Shown here in pieces: positions 18,655 through 29,530 of a stretch of DNA of 64,000 nt; position 1 is the stretch's first letter; the number at the start of each line of letters is the position of its first letter. The stretch comes from an uncultured delta proteobacterium (GTDB lineage: Bacteria; Desulfobacterota; Desulfobacteria; Desulfobacterales; Desulfosalsimonadaceae), in NCBI GenBank assembly GCA_963826785.1, contig CAWGYD010000006.1:736001-800000 (forward strand). Direction: 5' to 3'. The notes under the pieces were generated by a model. The model was not told where the DNA came from. It worked only from the letters and a program-made list of their open reading frames with translations, and searched no databases. Made by a program: the position numbers and the translations under genes.

Positions 18655-19149
18655 TCAAGACAATGCGATGCGTTGGACCGTCGGGCCGGCGGTGTCCACG
18701 AAGCAGAACCCGGGATCGCCGTCTTTTCCCAGGATTTCCCCCGGATTGAGGAGAAGGGTGGTGCCTGATGTGAGGCTTGCATGCTGGTGGGAATGGCCGA
18801 AGCAGACCAGGTCGTATTTTCCGGTGGCGGCAAGCCCCTCGGCTACGGGCCATTCATGGGTGAAGGCGATTTTAAAGCCACCGGCATCGATTTCGCCGAT
18901 GAGGGGATAAATGGTGATCCGGCCTTTGCTGGCATGCGCCGCCCGGGTCAGCAGGTAGTGATCCCCGTCATTGTTGCCGAACACGCAGTGGACGGGAACG
19001 CCGGCATCCAGCAGCTGCTTGAGTGAAAACGGGGCCACGATGTCCCCGCAGTGGATAATCATTTCCGCTTTTTCATCCCTGATTCGATCCAGTGCTTTCG
19101 ACAGGTTCCAGATGTTGTCATGGGAGTCGCTCATCACCGCAATTTTCAT
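18655..19149 (-). CDS. Metallophosphoesterase (YfcE/MJ0936 family)
   Basis: SDSHDN, HCGD, GNND, GHSH and NPG motifs. Confidence 0.9.
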   Translation of the reverse strand: MKIAVMSDSHDNIWNLSKALDRIRDEKAEMIIHCGDIVAPFSLKQLLDAGVPVHCVFGNNDGDHYLLTRAAHASKGRITIYPLIGEIDAGGFKIAFTHEWPVAEGLAATGKYDLVCFGHSHQHASLTSGTTLLLNPGEILGKDGDPGFCFVDTAGPTVQRIALS

Positions 19150-19175
19150 AGGGTTTCTCCTTTGGGGTTTACGTT

Positions 19176-22100
19176 TTAGTGCAGCAGCACCCGGCGGTTT
19201 TCCAAAAGGTGCCGGATCTGCCGGGAGAGTTCGGATATCTTGAGGGGTTTGATCATGACGCCGTCGATTGTCGCAGATTCGGTGCCGGATGAAGCCAGGC
19301 GGTCACTGAACCCGGTGCACAGGAGTACGGGAATGTCGGGGCGGATGGCTTTGATGCGTCCGGCCAGCTGATCCCCCTTCATTCCCGGCATGGTCAGATC
19401 GGTGATGACCAGGTCGAATCGGCGGGGATTGTCTTCAAACAGGGTCAACGCTTCCACGCTGCTGGTCCTTCCCGTCACCCGGTATCCCAGGTGCTCGAGA
19501 ATGTTCTTCTGCATGTCGACGATGACTTCCTCATCATCGACGACCAGTATGTTTTCATGGCCTTCGAGCGCCGTATCAGGGGGTTGGTCATCCGCGGGAC
19601 GGATAAGGGTCGGCATGCAGGGCAGATCGATCCTTACGGTTGTCCCCATTCCGGGCTCGCTGGTGACCTGGATATCGCCATGGAGGCTCTTGACAATGCC
19701 GTGGACCACCGAAAGGCCCAAACCGGTGCCTTTTGAAGCATCCTTGGTGGTGAAATAGGGATCGAAAATCCGGCCCATGTTCCCGGGCTCGATGCCGGTG
19801 CCCGTATCGGATACGGTCAGCCGTACATGATCGCCGGCCGGGCGGTGCTCGTCTGCGATCGCCTCGGGATCGATAAAGACATTTTCCAGTTTGATGGTCA
19901 GCGTGCCCCCGGCCTCTTCCATGGCATGAAAGGCGTTGGTGATCAGGTTCATCACCACCTGGTGCACCTGGGTGGGGTCTGCCATCACCGCCTTGCAGTC
20001 CCTGCAGATATCCTGCACCACGTGAATGGTCTTGGGCAGGGTGGACCGGATCAGGCTTAAGATCTCCTTGATGATGAACTGGATTTTGAGCGGCTTGCGG
20101 TCCGGCTCGGACTGCCGGCTGAAAAACATGATCTGCTGGATCAGGTCCCTGGCGCGCCGGGTGCCGTTGACGATTTCCCCCACATACTTCTGCGCGCTCG
20201 AATCGGGGGGGAGATTGGCCTGGAGCAGTTCCGCATATCCCATGATCGGCGACAGTATGTTGTTGAAGTCATGTGCGATGCCTCCGGCCAGCAGGCCGAT
20301 GGTCTCCAGTTTCTGGGCCTGCCTCAGCTGGGCTTCGGCATCCTTCTTCTGCTGCTCGGCCGCCTTGATGTCGGTGATGTCCGTTCCGGAGGACAGGGTG
20401 CCCATGGGCCTGCCCTCAGGATCATGCAGCAGGCTGTTGTACCAGCGGACCAGTCTTTTTTTGCCGCCCCGGGTGAGGACAGAATTTTCGACAAACCCGG
20501 AAGGCGCTGTCTGACCGGCCATCATTTTTTCAAATAAGCCCCGGATGCGCTCCCGCTCGTCCTCCGCCAAAAAACCATCGAACCAGTTTCTGCCCAGGAT
20601 CTCGGATTCCTCCACCTCCAGGATGTTGCATCCCTCGCGGTTGATCAGGGTGATCTCTCCTTTGGCATTGATGGCCAGAAAAATGACGCGGGCGATGTCG
20701 AGATAGCGCTGGGCCTTGTCCCGTTCCCGTATCAGCCCGGCTTCCGCGATTTTTCGGCCCGTGATGTCCACGCCGACTACCCAGGAGGTCCAACCCCGGA
20801 TGGGCACCTTATCGGCGATGTTCGTCCACGAGACCGTGCGCCGTGCGCCGTCCTTGCGGGTGATGGTGGTCTCGAAATCCTTGAAATCATTGCCCCGGGT
20901 GCGCCATGTCTCCTCTATGGCCTTAAATTCGCCCGGATCGGGGTGCAGCAGCCGCAGTGCATCGGAGCGGCCGAGAAATTCCCTGGCGGAATACCCGGTG
21001 GTGGCGTAAAATTCGACATTGCAGTAGGTGGGCCGCCGGTCCGGACCAAAGGCGACGATCAGCACGGGCATGTTGTCCACCAGCATCCGGAACCGTTCTT
21101 CGCTTTCCCGCAGCGACTGCTCCCCTGCTTCGCGCGCCGCCACCATCTGGTTGGCAAATTCTCCGATTTCCTTGAACTCCTTGAAATCCAGTTCATCCGT
21201 ATTGATCCGGGCAAATGAATCCGTGCTTTTCTGGAAGAAAGCGGTAAACGTATTGATGCTTTTCTGGATCCGCCGGGAAAAGAGGTACGTGATCAGCAGG
21301 GTCATCAGGGCAAAGGAAATAAACAGCGCCAATATGAAAAAAAGCCTGCTTTTGACCAGATCCCTGAATTCGGCCAGTTTTTCTGCAACACCCGCCTCCA
21401 TTTCATTCAAGGCGACGCCGTTGCTGACGATCCATTTCCATTCCGGAAAGGAATTCACGAAGGCCAGGTTATGGATGGGCTGCTCTTTACCTGGCTGCGG
21501 CCACTGATAGGTGAGATAACCGCCATCGGGTTTCAGCCCCTGGCGCAGCATCGATTCGTACGCGGCCATTTTTTCGGGCTGTGATGCGAACAGCTGATGA
21601 AAGTTCCGGCCGACAAACTCCGGGTTGGTGTGAAAGACGATGTTCCCCTGGTAGTCGAGAATAATAATGTGTCCGTATTGTGAAGAGTCGATGGCGGAGA
21701 TCCGGTCGATGGCTTCCGCCTTGAATTTCTTCGCCACATCATCATAGTATAGCCCGGTGCCGATGAACCAGTTGAATGGCTTGAAATATTTAATAAAGGC
21801 AATTTTCAGGTGGTTGGTTCCCTTCGTGTTCGGCTTGGTCCACCGGTACTCGTAAAATCCCTCCCCCTGTGTCCTTGCGATTTCAATCATGTCCCGGATG
21901 ACGTACCGGCCCTGAAAGTCCTTCATTTTCAGAAGATTCTGCTGTTCCAGCTCCGGGTGATCGGCAAACAGCTGCTCCACCCCGTTTAAATCCGTTGCAA
22001 AATAGTAGTCCTGGCCGTTATTGAACCGCATGGCCCGCAACGTTTCCCGGACCATGTTCTCTATGTCCCTCCGATCCATCTTTTCTTTGTATTGGTCGTA

Positions 22101-22394
22101 CAGGTGGCTGGCGACGGAATAGGCTTCATAAACCCTGTTCTTGGCTTCTTTTCTGATCTGGACATGCGACTGGGCGTTCTTGAACTCCAGGTAGGTAATT
22201 ATATTATGATTTTCGGCATGAATGGCCTTTTTCTGATCTTCGATGTATTCTTTTCGGATGTAGGCGGTTTCGGACAGGGATTTTCGGTATTCCGGATAGA
22301 TCCAGAAAAAGGCGATCAGCAGGCTCAGCGCCAGCAGGATTATCAGTGAAAAGGTGTAATTGATTCGGGCGATGCGCCTGTTTTTAAGCCACAT
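19176..22394 (-). CDS. Hybrid sensor histidine kinase (Cache, PAS, HisKA, HATPase, REC)
   Basis: Two Cache-like periplasmic repeats, two PAS domains, AGGIAHDFNN, DTGTGI, GTGLGL and a receiver domain; start inferred at MWLKN. Confidence 0.92.
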   Translation of the reverse strand: MWLKNRRIARINYTFSLIILLALSLLIAFFWIYPEYRKSLSETAYIRKEYIEDQKKAIHAENHNIITYLEFKNAQSHVQIRKEAKNRVYEAYSVASHLYDQYKEKMDRRDIENMVRETLRAMRFNNGQDYYFATDLNGVEQLFADHPELEQQNLLKMKDFQGRYVIRDMIEIARTQGEGFYEYRWTKPNTKGTNHLKIAFIKYFKPFNWFIGTGLYYDDVAKKFKAEAIDRISAIDSSQYGHIIILDYQGNIVFHTNPEFVGRNFHQLFASQPEKMAAYESMLRQGLKPDGGYLTYQWPQPGKEQPIHNLAFVNSFPEWKWIVSNGVALNEMEAGVAEKLAEFRDLVKSRLFFILALFISFALMTLLITYLFSRRIQKSINTFTAFFQKSTDSFARINTDELDFKEFKEIGEFANQMVAAREAGEQSLRESEERFRMLVDNMPVLIVAFGPDRRPTYCNVEFYATTGYSAREFLGRSDALRLLHPDPGEFKAIEETWRTRGNDFKDFETTITRKDGARRTVSWTNIADKVPIRGWTSWVVGVDITGRKIAEAGLIRERDKAQRYLDIARVIFLAINAKGEITLINREGCNILEVEESEILGRNWFDGFLAEDERERIRGLFEKMMAGQTAPSGFVENSVLTRGGKKRLVRWYNSLLHDPEGRPMGTLSSGTDITDIKAAEQQKKDAEAQLRQAQKLETIGLLAGGIAHDFNNILSPIMGYAELLQANLPPDSSAQKYVGEIVNGTRRARDLIQQIMFFSRQSEPDRKPLKIQFIIKEILSLIRSTLPKTIHVVQDICRDCKAVMADPTQVHQVVMNLITNAFHAMEEAGGTLTIKLENVFIDPEAIADEHRPAGDHVRLTVSDTGTGIEPGNMGRIFDPYFTTKDASKGTGLGLSVVHGIVKSLHGDIQVTSEPGMGTTVRIDLPCMPTLIRPADDQPPDTALEGHENILVVDDEEVIVDMQKNILEHLGYRVTGRTSSVEALTLFEDNPRRFDLVITDLTMPGMKGDQLAGRIKAIRPDIPVLLCTGFSDRLASSGTESATIDGVMIKPLKISELSRQIRHLLENRRVLLH

Positions 22395-22601
22395 GGGGAT
22401 TTGCCTGCCAATATAAAATGAACCGGCAATGTTCGTATATGGATACAGGCTGCCGGAAAAGAACCGTGCGGAAAATATGAAATGGCCGAATGAAATACAG
22501 GCCTTTTTCGGCAAACTGGCCAAACACGACTTTGAACCATATAATAATAAGACCGTGATGCGGTAAAGCAATTTGACCCTATTTACAAGCGATTCGAGAT
22601 T

Positions 22602-23501
22602 ATGGAGCAGGAAGGCGCAAAAACTGGGGGGTATGCAGCTTCGGATCGGGGCCGGCATCTTCTGGGTGCCGCGTGCGTATTCGCATCGGCGTTTTTCTTC
22701 TATTTGGCCACCGCGGTGATCCGGTGGGGGCGGGCCGAAGTCGATATCCACCCCTCATTTTACGCCTTCTTTCGTTTTCTGCTGGGATTTGTCTTCATCT
22801 GCATGGTTTTGAAAGTGCGGGGGCAGAAACTGGCGCCCAGGCGGTACGACCTGCTGGTGGGCCGGGCCGTGTTCAACTGCCTTGCGGTGTTTTGCTTCTA
22901 CCAGGCGGTGGCCCTCACGTCACTGGCGGAAGGCAATATCCTGAACATGACCTACCCGATTTTTCTGACGGTGCTGTCCTGGTTCATCCTCAAGGATCAG
23001 CGGGATTTGATGGCCATTGTCATGGTGGCGGTGGCCATTGCCGGGGTCTGGCTGATCCTGTCGCCCGAGGAGATGCAGCCGGGGCTCAACAACCTGTGGG
23101 GGGTGGCATCGGGCGTAACCGCGGCATTTGCCATCCTGTATCTCAACATCAGCCGGCAGTACCACGACAGTGAAACCATCCTGTTTTTCATGTTCGGGCT
23201 GGGAACCATCCTGATGTATGCCTTTTTCCACCGTTGGATTTTTCTGCCCGATTCGAGGGAACTTTACTACCTGGTCATCTGCGGCCTTTACGGGATCGGG
23301 GGGCAGTACCTGCTCACCATCGGGTTCCGCTATGTCACGGCGGTGGAGGGAGGGGTGATTTCTTCCACCCGTATCCTTCTGGCCGCCGTTCTGGGCCCGG
23401 TCATCGCATCCGACCCGGCCCTGCCGCTCTCCGGCTGGATCGGCGCCCTGCTGATCTTTGCGGCCAACATTTACCTGACCCTGCGGGCGCGCAATAATTG
23501 A
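22602..23501 (+). CDS. DMT/EamA family transporter
   Basis: About 10 hydrophobic segments with a duplicated EamA pattern. Confidence 0.85.
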   Translation: MEQEGAKTGGYAASDRGRHLLGAACVFASAFFFYLATAVIRWGRAEVDIHPSFYAFFRFLLGFVFICMVLKVRGQKLAPRRYDLLVGRAVFNCLAVFCFYQAVALTSLAEGNILNMTYPIFLTVLSWFILKDQRDLMAIVMVAVAIAGVWLILSPEEMQPGLNNLWGVASGVTAAFAILYLNISRQYHDSETILFFMFGLGTILMYAFFHRWIFLPDSRELYYLVICGLYGIGGQYLLTIGFRYVTAVEGGVISSTRILLAAVLGPVIASDPALPLSGWIGALLIFAANIYLTLRARNN

Positions 23502-23530
23502 TGTGGGGGAGTTATGCAATAGAGAACTGA

Positions 23531-23559
23531 ATCCCCCCTTGAGGGGGGCAGGGGGGTGT
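23531..23559. repeat. Single REP-like palindrome
   Basis: ATCCCCCCTTGAGGGGGGCAGGGGGGTGT between convergent genes. Confidence 0.8.
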
Positions 23560-23639
23560 GCCGCCGGTGACTGTTTAAAGTTCCTTACTGCAAAACCACT
23601 GTACGGATGGGTACGATGCTGTCATAGGGGCGATTGAAA

Positions 23640-26078
23640 TTACATGAGAAAAAAGGGATCTACGTCGATCCCCACCTGCACCTGCCGGTCCGCCCGGGTG
23701 ATATTGTGGTCGGACATCAGTTTCCGGACGAAGCGGTGAAGTGTTTCGGTATGGCCGGATTTGAGCAGGATCTGCCAACGGAAGCGGTTGGCGATTTTGG
23801 GCACGGGCGCTTCGATGGGCCCCAGGATGTCGATGCGGGAGTGGGCCTGGGGGTCTTCGGCCTTGATTTTCAGGCACCATTCGCCCATTGCCTGGGCGAA
23901 CCGGCGGGTCGCGCCCGCATCCTTTCCCGAGATCTTGAGCTGGATCATGCGGGAAAACGGGGGATAGGAAAAATCCTTCCGGATGCGGATCTCCTGGCTG
24001 TAGAAGGATTTGTAATCCTGCTTCCGGGCTGCCTGGATGCTGAAGTGGTCCGGATTATAAGTCTGAAGGATCACCCGTCCGGGCGCTTGACCGCGCCCGG
24101 CCCGGCCCGCCACCTGGGCCAGGACCTGGAAGGTGAGTTCACCGGCCCGGAAATCGGGAAAGCTCAGCGACAGGTCCGCGCAGATGATCCCCACCAGGGT
24201 GATGTGGGGAAAGTCGTGCCCCTTGGCCACCATCTGGGTGCCCACCAGAATATCGATTTCCCGGCGGCGCAAGCCTTTTAAGATTTTCACCATGGCGCCT
24301 TTCCGGGTGACGGTGTCCCGGTCCATGCGCGCAATCCGGGCATCGGGGAAAAGTTTTCCGACCGCATCCTCGATTTTTTCAGTTCCCATTCCCAGCTGCT
24401 TGATGGCGCCGGAGCCGCACACGGGGCACTGTCCGGCGGCAGGCAGGCTGAACCCGCACAGGTGACACTTGTAGGCATTGGCCTTCTGGTGCAGGGTCAG
24501 GGTGATCTCGCAGTTTCTGCATTTGATCGGATTTCCGCAGTTCGCGCATACCGGGTAGCTGGCATACCCCCGCCGGTTGAGAAACAGGAGCACCTGTTCG
24601 CCCCGGTCCAGGGTCTCTCTCATGGCGGCCTGGAGGTCGGCGGTGATGAACCGGTGCACTCCCCGGTAATCCTGGTGCAGCCGCAGGTCCACCATCTGGA
24701 TTTCGGGAAGGGTCTGGCTGTGGATGCGCCGGGTGAGGTTCAAGGGGTGAAATTTGCGGCATCCCATGTTGTAGACGGACTGCATCGACGGGGTGGCCGA
24801 TCCCAGCAGGGCCACGGCCCCTTCCTGCCGGGCGCGGATGACGGCCATGTCCCGTGCATTGTAGCGGAAGCGGCTTTCCTGCTTATACGAGGTGTCGTGC
24901 TCTTCATCCACGATGATCAGGCCGATATCGGACAGGGGGGCGAAAATGGCCGATCGGGCGCCGATGGCGATGCGGCACTCCTGGTTGATGATGCGGCGCC
25001 ACTGGTCATAGCGTTCCCCGGCGGAAAGCCCGGAGTGCAGAACGGCGATGCAGTCGCCGAAGCGCGCCCGGAAGCGCCGTTCAATTTCCGATATCAGGGC
25101 GATTTCCGGGACCAGCACCAGGGCGGATCGTCCCCGCTCCAGCGCTGCTGCGGCAAGCCGCATGTAGACTTCCGTCTTTCCGCTGCCGGTCACCCCGGCC
25201 AGCAGAAAGGTTTTAAATTCGCGCCCCAGGGACTGCAGCACCTCGGCAACCGCCCCGGCCTGTTCTTCGGTCAGTTCGGGCGGGGTGTCCGGCTCGATGG
25301 ATTCGCCGAAGGGGTCCCGGTACACCGGTCTTTCGGATAGCAAGACAAAACCCTTTTTCTCCAGGGACCGGATCAGGGAAGCGGCCCGGGGTTCGATGGA
25401 TTTGAGGCTGCTCACCGGCATCTCGCCCGACTCCCGGAGTTCGTCCATGATCCGGCGTTTTTCAGGGGAGAGCCCGTCTTCGGGGACGGCAGCGCCGGAA
25501 AGGGCCGCCCATCGCTCCGTCTTGGTCCGGGTGACCGGCTTTTTGATTTCCCGGCAACGGATCAGCAGGCCTTCTTTTTCCATCCGGCAGATCAGCGTAT
25601 GGGAGACCGGACGGTCGAGATGCCGGGAAAGATCCACCATGCGCAAGGCCTGGTCGGCAATCCGGCACAACACGGATTGGTCCGCCGAGTTTTCAGGGAT
25701 TTTGCAAAGGGCCTGCCTGCCGGCATCCGTGATATGCAGGGTGATGTACTCATCGACATTGATGCCGCCGGGGAGCGCTTCCTTGATGACCTCGCCCAGG
25801 GGGTGGAGGTAGTAATCGGCCATCCAGCGAAACAGCGGAACCATGGCCGCCGGAAAAAGGGGCGCCTCATCGATGATCTCGGCGATGGGCTTGATCCCCG
25901 GGGTATCCGGTTTGTTTACCCCGGCCAGGATGTATCCGGTCACTTTACGGCTGCCCAGGGGCACGAGCACCCGCTTTCCGATCTCCACAAATGGCTGAAG
26001 ATGTTCCGGTACGGAATAGGTGTAGGTATTGTACAGCGGAAGCGGGACGGCCGCTTCGATAAAGGCAAACTCGGTCAT
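23640..26078 (-). CDS. priA: Primosomal protein N' (replication restart helicase)
   Basis: GVTGSGKTEVY, DEEHD, LNRRGY, four CxxC pairs, QVAGRAGR and DVDP motifs. Confidence 0.97.
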   Translation of the reverse strand: MTEFAFIEAAVPLPLYNTYTYSVPEHLQPFVEIGKRVLVPLGSRKVTGYILAGVNKPDTPGIKPIAEIIDEAPLFPAAMVPLFRWMADYYLHPLGEVIKEALPGGINVDEYITLHITDAGRQALCKIPENSADQSVLCRIADQALRMVDLSRHLDRPVSHTLICRMEKEGLLIRCREIKKPVTRTKTERWAALSGAAVPEDGLSPEKRRIMDELRESGEMPVSSLKSIEPRAASLIRSLEKKGFVLLSERPVYRDPFGESIEPDTPPELTEEQAGAVAEVLQSLGREFKTFLLAGVTGSGKTEVYMRLAAAALERGRSALVLVPEIALISEIERRFRARFGDCIAVLHSGLSAGERYDQWRRIINQECRIAIGARSAIFAPLSDIGLIIVDEEHDTSYKQESRFRYNARDMAVIRARQEGAVALLGSATPSMQSVYNMGCRKFHPLNLTRRIHSQTLPEIQMVDLRLHQDYRGVHRFITADLQAAMRETLDRGEQVLLFLNRRGYASYPVCANCGNPIKCRNCEITLTLHQKANAYKCHLCGFSLPAAGQCPVCGSGAIKQLGMGTEKIEDAVGKLFPDARIARMDRDTVTRKGAMVKILKGLRRREIDILVGTQMVAKGHDFPHITLVGIICADLSLSFPDFRAGELTFQVLAQVAGRAGRGQAPGRVILQTYNPDHFSIQAARKQDYKSFYSQEIRIRKDFSYPPFSRMIQLKISGKDAGATRRFAQAMGEWCLKIKAEDPQAHSRIDILGPIEAPVPKIANRFRWQILLKSGHTETLHRFVRKLMSDHNITRADRQVQVGIDVDPFFLM

Positions 26079-26252
26079 ATGGCATCAGTAGATGATCTTT
26101 GAAAAAGATTCAACACAAGATGTTTTGCCTGCCCCGTTGGCGGCCGCATTTGAAAATTGGATGGATTGAGTATTGCAATCTGAATCCGATGATGTAAAAT
26201 AACCTTATTCAGAAAAAGAGTGAACGTTCGCTATTAAAAGGATGTTTTGATA

Positions 26253-27227
26253 ATGACACCCGAAGAAATCTATCCCAACCTGTTTCGCATCCAGATTCCC
26301 CTGCCGGAAAGCCCTTTAAAGTCCCTGAATGCATATCTCATCCGGGGCAATCCCCGCAGCCTGCTGGTGGACACCGGTTTGAACCGGGAGGAATGCAGAA
26401 TTGCCATGATGGAGGGGCTCCAAGCCATCGGCATCGACCTGGAGTCCTTGGATATTTTTATCACCCACCTTCATGCGGACCATTTCGGGCTGGTGGCCAA
26501 ACTTGCCACGGCGGGGACGAAAATTTATTTCAACCGGCCGGATTCGGAGCTGATCGAAAACTGGCAGGGATTTGAACCGATGATCGCCTATGGCGCCAGA
26601 AACGGGTTTCCGGAGCAGATGCTCCGGGATGCGCTCAACCAGCACCCCGGGTTTAAATACGGCTCCAAGTGGGTGCCGTTTCTGAGCATGATCAACGACG
26701 ACGATGTGCTCCAGATCGGTGATTACCGGTTCTCCTGCATCCAGACGCCGGGGCATACCCGGGGTCATACCTGCCTCTATGAGCCCGCCAGGCGGTTTCT
26801 CATCGCCGGCGACCATCTGCTTGACGACATCACCCCCAATATCCAGTGCTGGACCGAGGACGACGACCCCCTCAAAAGCTACATGGAAAGCCTGGACAAG
26901 GTGCGGCCCCTGGCAGTGGACCGGGTCCTGCCGGGGCACCGGCGGCTTTTTAACAATTACCGGGAGCGCATCGATGAGTTAAAATCCCATCATGAGCACC
27001 GGCTGGAGGAGGTAATGGATATCCTGACGGCCGATGCGCCCAAAAGCGCCTTTGAAACCGCCGCCAAAATGACCTGGGACATCAAGGCGGATTCCTGGGA
27101 GGATTTCCCCGTGGCCCAGAAGTGGTTTGCCACGGGCGAGGCCATCTCCCACCTGCGGTACCTGGAAAATCAAAACCGCATCCGCCGTGAAAAAACAGAG
27201 CCGGTGATCGCGTTCGCGCCGGCATGA
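26253..27227 (+). CDS. MBL-fold metallo-hydrolase
   Basis: THLHADH, TPGHTRGH, AGDH and LPGH motifs; upstream TTGCAA-N16-TAAAAT. Confidence 0.9.
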   Translation: MTPEEIYPNLFRIQIPLPESPLKSLNAYLIRGNPRSLLVDTGLNREECRIAMMEGLQAIGIDLESLDIFITHLHADHFGLVAKLATAGTKIYFNRPDSELIENWQGFEPMIAYGARNGFPEQMLRDALNQHPGFKYGSKWVPFLSMINDDDVLQIGDYRFSCIQTPGHTRGHTCLYEPARRFLIAGDHLLDDITPNIQCWTEDDDPLKSYMESLDKVRPLAVDRVLPGHRRLFNNYRERIDELKSHHEHRLEEVMDILTADAPKSAFETAAKMTWDIKADSWEDFPVAQKWFATGEAISHLRYLENQNRIRREKTEPVIAFAPA

Positions 27228-27286
27228 TACGATGCCATCAAGGCGAAATGAAGAAGAATATTAATTGACTTAGATGGATTAATCTT

Positions 27287-27985
27287 ATGCACGATGTCAT
27301 TCAACTGGCGCTGGAACGCGCCTCTTCATCTTTGTCGGAATACGAATCCAAGCGGCTGATCGCCAGTTACGGCATTCCGGTCACGCGTGAACATCTGTCC
27401 AAAAGCGCCGATGAAGCCGTGGCCTTCGCTCGGAAGATCGGCTACCCCGTGGCCGTGAAAGCCTGCGGCCCGGAACTGATGCACAAGAGCGGCACCGGGG
27501 TGATGGCCTTGCACCTGACATCCGACGAGCAGGTGCGGAAGGCCTTTAATCGCGTCCAGGCTGCGGCCCGTGTCGAACTCGACGGGGTGCTGATCCAGGA
27601 AATGGCTGCGGGCAGCCGGGAACTGGTCCTGGGACTGAGCCGTGAGCCCCAGTTCGGCCCCTGCGTCATGCTGGGGCTGGGGGGCGTGATGACCGAAATT
27701 TTAGATGATGCGGTGATCCGGGTGGCGCCATTCGATCGGGCCGAAGCCGAAGACATGCTCGACCAGCTCAGATCCAGTACGCTTTTGCAGACATTTCGGG
27801 GGGAAGCCGCAGCGGACCGGAAGGTCATCTGTGACTGCCTGATGGCACTTGGCACCATCGGGCTGGAAAACCCGGCGGTCCGGGAGATCGACATCAATCC
27901 CCTGATCATCGGCCCGACCGGCAGCGTCCGGGCGGTGGATGCCCTGGTCATCCTGGAAGGAGGCAGACATGCCGGTATCAATTAA
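27287..27985 (+). CDS. Acyl-CoA synthetase (NDP-forming), ATP-grasp subunit
   Basis: LSEYESK, GYPVAVK, HKS, FGPCVMLGLGG and EIDINPL motifs. Confidence 0.9.
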   Translation: MHDVIQLALERASSSLSEYESKRLIASYGIPVTREHLSKSADEAVAFARKIGYPVAVKACGPELMHKSGTGVMALHLTSDEQVRKAFNRVQAAARVELDGVLIQEMAAGSRELVLGLSREPQFGPCVMLGLGGVMTEILDDAVIRVAPFDRAEAEDMLDQLRSSTLLQTFRGEAAADRKVICDCLMALGTIGLENPAVREIDINPLIIGPTGSVRAVDALVILEGGRHAGIN

Positions 27986-29444
27986 ACAAAGTCCGCTGTA
28001 TCTGATCGCCAATCCCGGAAGTGTGACCATCTTCGGAGCGTCCAACCGTTTTACCTCCATGGGGACCAACGTGCTTTCCTCCATCCAGGCGATGGGGTTT
28101 GCGGGGGCGATTTACCCGGTTCATCCTTCTGAAGAGACGGTCAAAGGGCTCAAGGCGTACCCGTCTGCGGCCGATTTGCCGGTCATACCGGATCTGGCCA
28201 TCATCGTTCTGCCCACCGGGGTGGTCCCCGAAGCCCTGGAAGCATGCGGGAAAAAAGGAATCCGCCACGTCATCGTGGTTTCCGGCGGGTTCAAGGAGGT
28301 GGGTGGAGACGGCGTGTCCCTGGAAAAAAAGATACTGGCCATCGCCCGCCATTACGGCATCCGGTTTTTGGGGCCTAACTGCATCGGCGTGGCCAATCCC
28401 CACCACCGGTTCAACGCCACTTTTCTCCCCTGTGAGCAGGGGCCCGGATTCATCGGAATGGCATCCCAGAGCGGGAGCTTCATCACCCAGATGTTCGACT
28501 ACCTGAAACGATTCGGCCTGGGGTTTTCAACCGGGTTTTCCGTGGGCAACGAGGCGGACATCGACCTGGTGGACTGTCTGGAATACCTGGGCGCCTGTCC
28601 CCGGACCCGGGTGATCGGCATGTATATCGAGACCATCCGGCGGGGCCGGGAATTCATCGACATGGCCCGCTCCATCGTACCCCACAAGCCAATTGTCGCC
28701 TATTACGTGGGCGGTTCCGAGGCGGGGCGGAAGGCAACCTATTCCCATACGGGGGCGCTTTCCGGACCGGATCGGCTCTATGACGGCGTTTTCCGCCAGA
28801 GCGGCATCATCCGCGCCTATTCCATCGAGGAGTTGTTCGATTTCTGCTGGTCCCTGGGCGCATGCCCCGTCCCGGCGGGCAACCGGGTGATCGTGCAGAC
28901 CCATTCCGGCGGACCCGGTGCGGTAGCGGCCGACGTATGCAGCCGGGAAGGGCTGAGGCTCAATCCGGTTTCAACCAAAACCCGGAAGCGCCTGGCGCCC
29001 TATGTCCCCCTGACCGGGAGCGTCACCAACCCGGTAGACATTACCTTTTCCAAGAACAGCCTCGATTACTTCATCAAAATTCCTGAAATTCTTCTGGAAG
29101 ACGGGGATACCGATGCCCTGCTGATCTATTTTCTCATGTCCGAGCAGGGGGTGCTCCGGGCCATGGAGGCCTTCGGGCTTTCCGGTGAAAAAGCGGCGGC
29201 GGAATCCGAAAAATTCATCAAGGATCAGGCGGCCGCCATCATCGACATGATCCGGCGGCACAAGAAGCCCTGCATCGGATTTTCATTCTACAACCGGGAA
29301 AATCAATTCATCCGCATGCTTCAGGACAATGGCATCGCGGTGCTCCCTTCCCCGTCCCGGGCCGCCCGGGCCCTGGGGGCCATGGTCCGCTACACCCGGC
29401 TGAGAAACAAGATCACCTCCGGAGATCCCCAGCTGGCGGCCTGA
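27969..29444 (+). CDS. Acyl-CoA synthetase (NDP-forming), CoA-binding subunit
   Basis: GPNCIG, SQSGS, SVGNEAD and SHTGAL (phospho-His) motifs. Confidence 0.9.
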   Translation: MPVSIKQSPLYLIANPGSVTIFGASNRFTSMGTNVLSSIQAMGFAGAIYPVHPSEETVKGLKAYPSAADLPVIPDLAIIVLPTGVVPEALEACGKKGIRHVIVVSGGFKEVGGDGVSLEKKILAIARHYGIRFLGPNCIGVANPHHRFNATFLPCEQGPGFIGMASQSGSFITQMFDYLKRFGLGFSTGFSVGNEADIDLVDCLEYLGACPRTRVIGMYIETIRRGREFIDMARSIVPHKPIVAYYVGGSEAGRKATYSHTGALSGPDRLYDGVFRQSGIIRAYSIEELFDFCWSLGACPVPAGNRVIVQTHSGGPGAVAADVCSREGLRLNPVSTKTRKRLAPYVPLTGSVTNPVDITFSKNSLDYFIKIPEILLEDGDTDALLIYFLMSEQGVLRAMEAFGLSGEKAAAESEKFIKDQAAAIIDMIRRHKKPCIGFSFYNRENQFIRMLQDNGIAVLPSPSRAARALGAMVRYTRLRNKITSGDPQLAA

Positions 29445-29453
29445 CCGCTTTTT

Positions 29454-29497
29454 CGCAAAGCACGCAAAGAGAGATTGGGGGCTTTGCGGCTTTTGCG
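29454..29497. repeat. Short inverted repeat with 9-nt periodicity between convergent genes
   Basis: CGCAAAGCACGCAAAG ... CTTTGCGGCTTTTGCG. Confidence 0.55.
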
Positions 29498-29530
29498 GGT
29501 AACATTCTTTTACCGGGCATGCCGGGGAAA

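Noticed and set aside
26219..26232. Operator-like palindrome AGTGAACGTTCGCT upstream of the MBL hydrolase
   Set aside because: Single imperfect short palindrome with no adjacent regulator.
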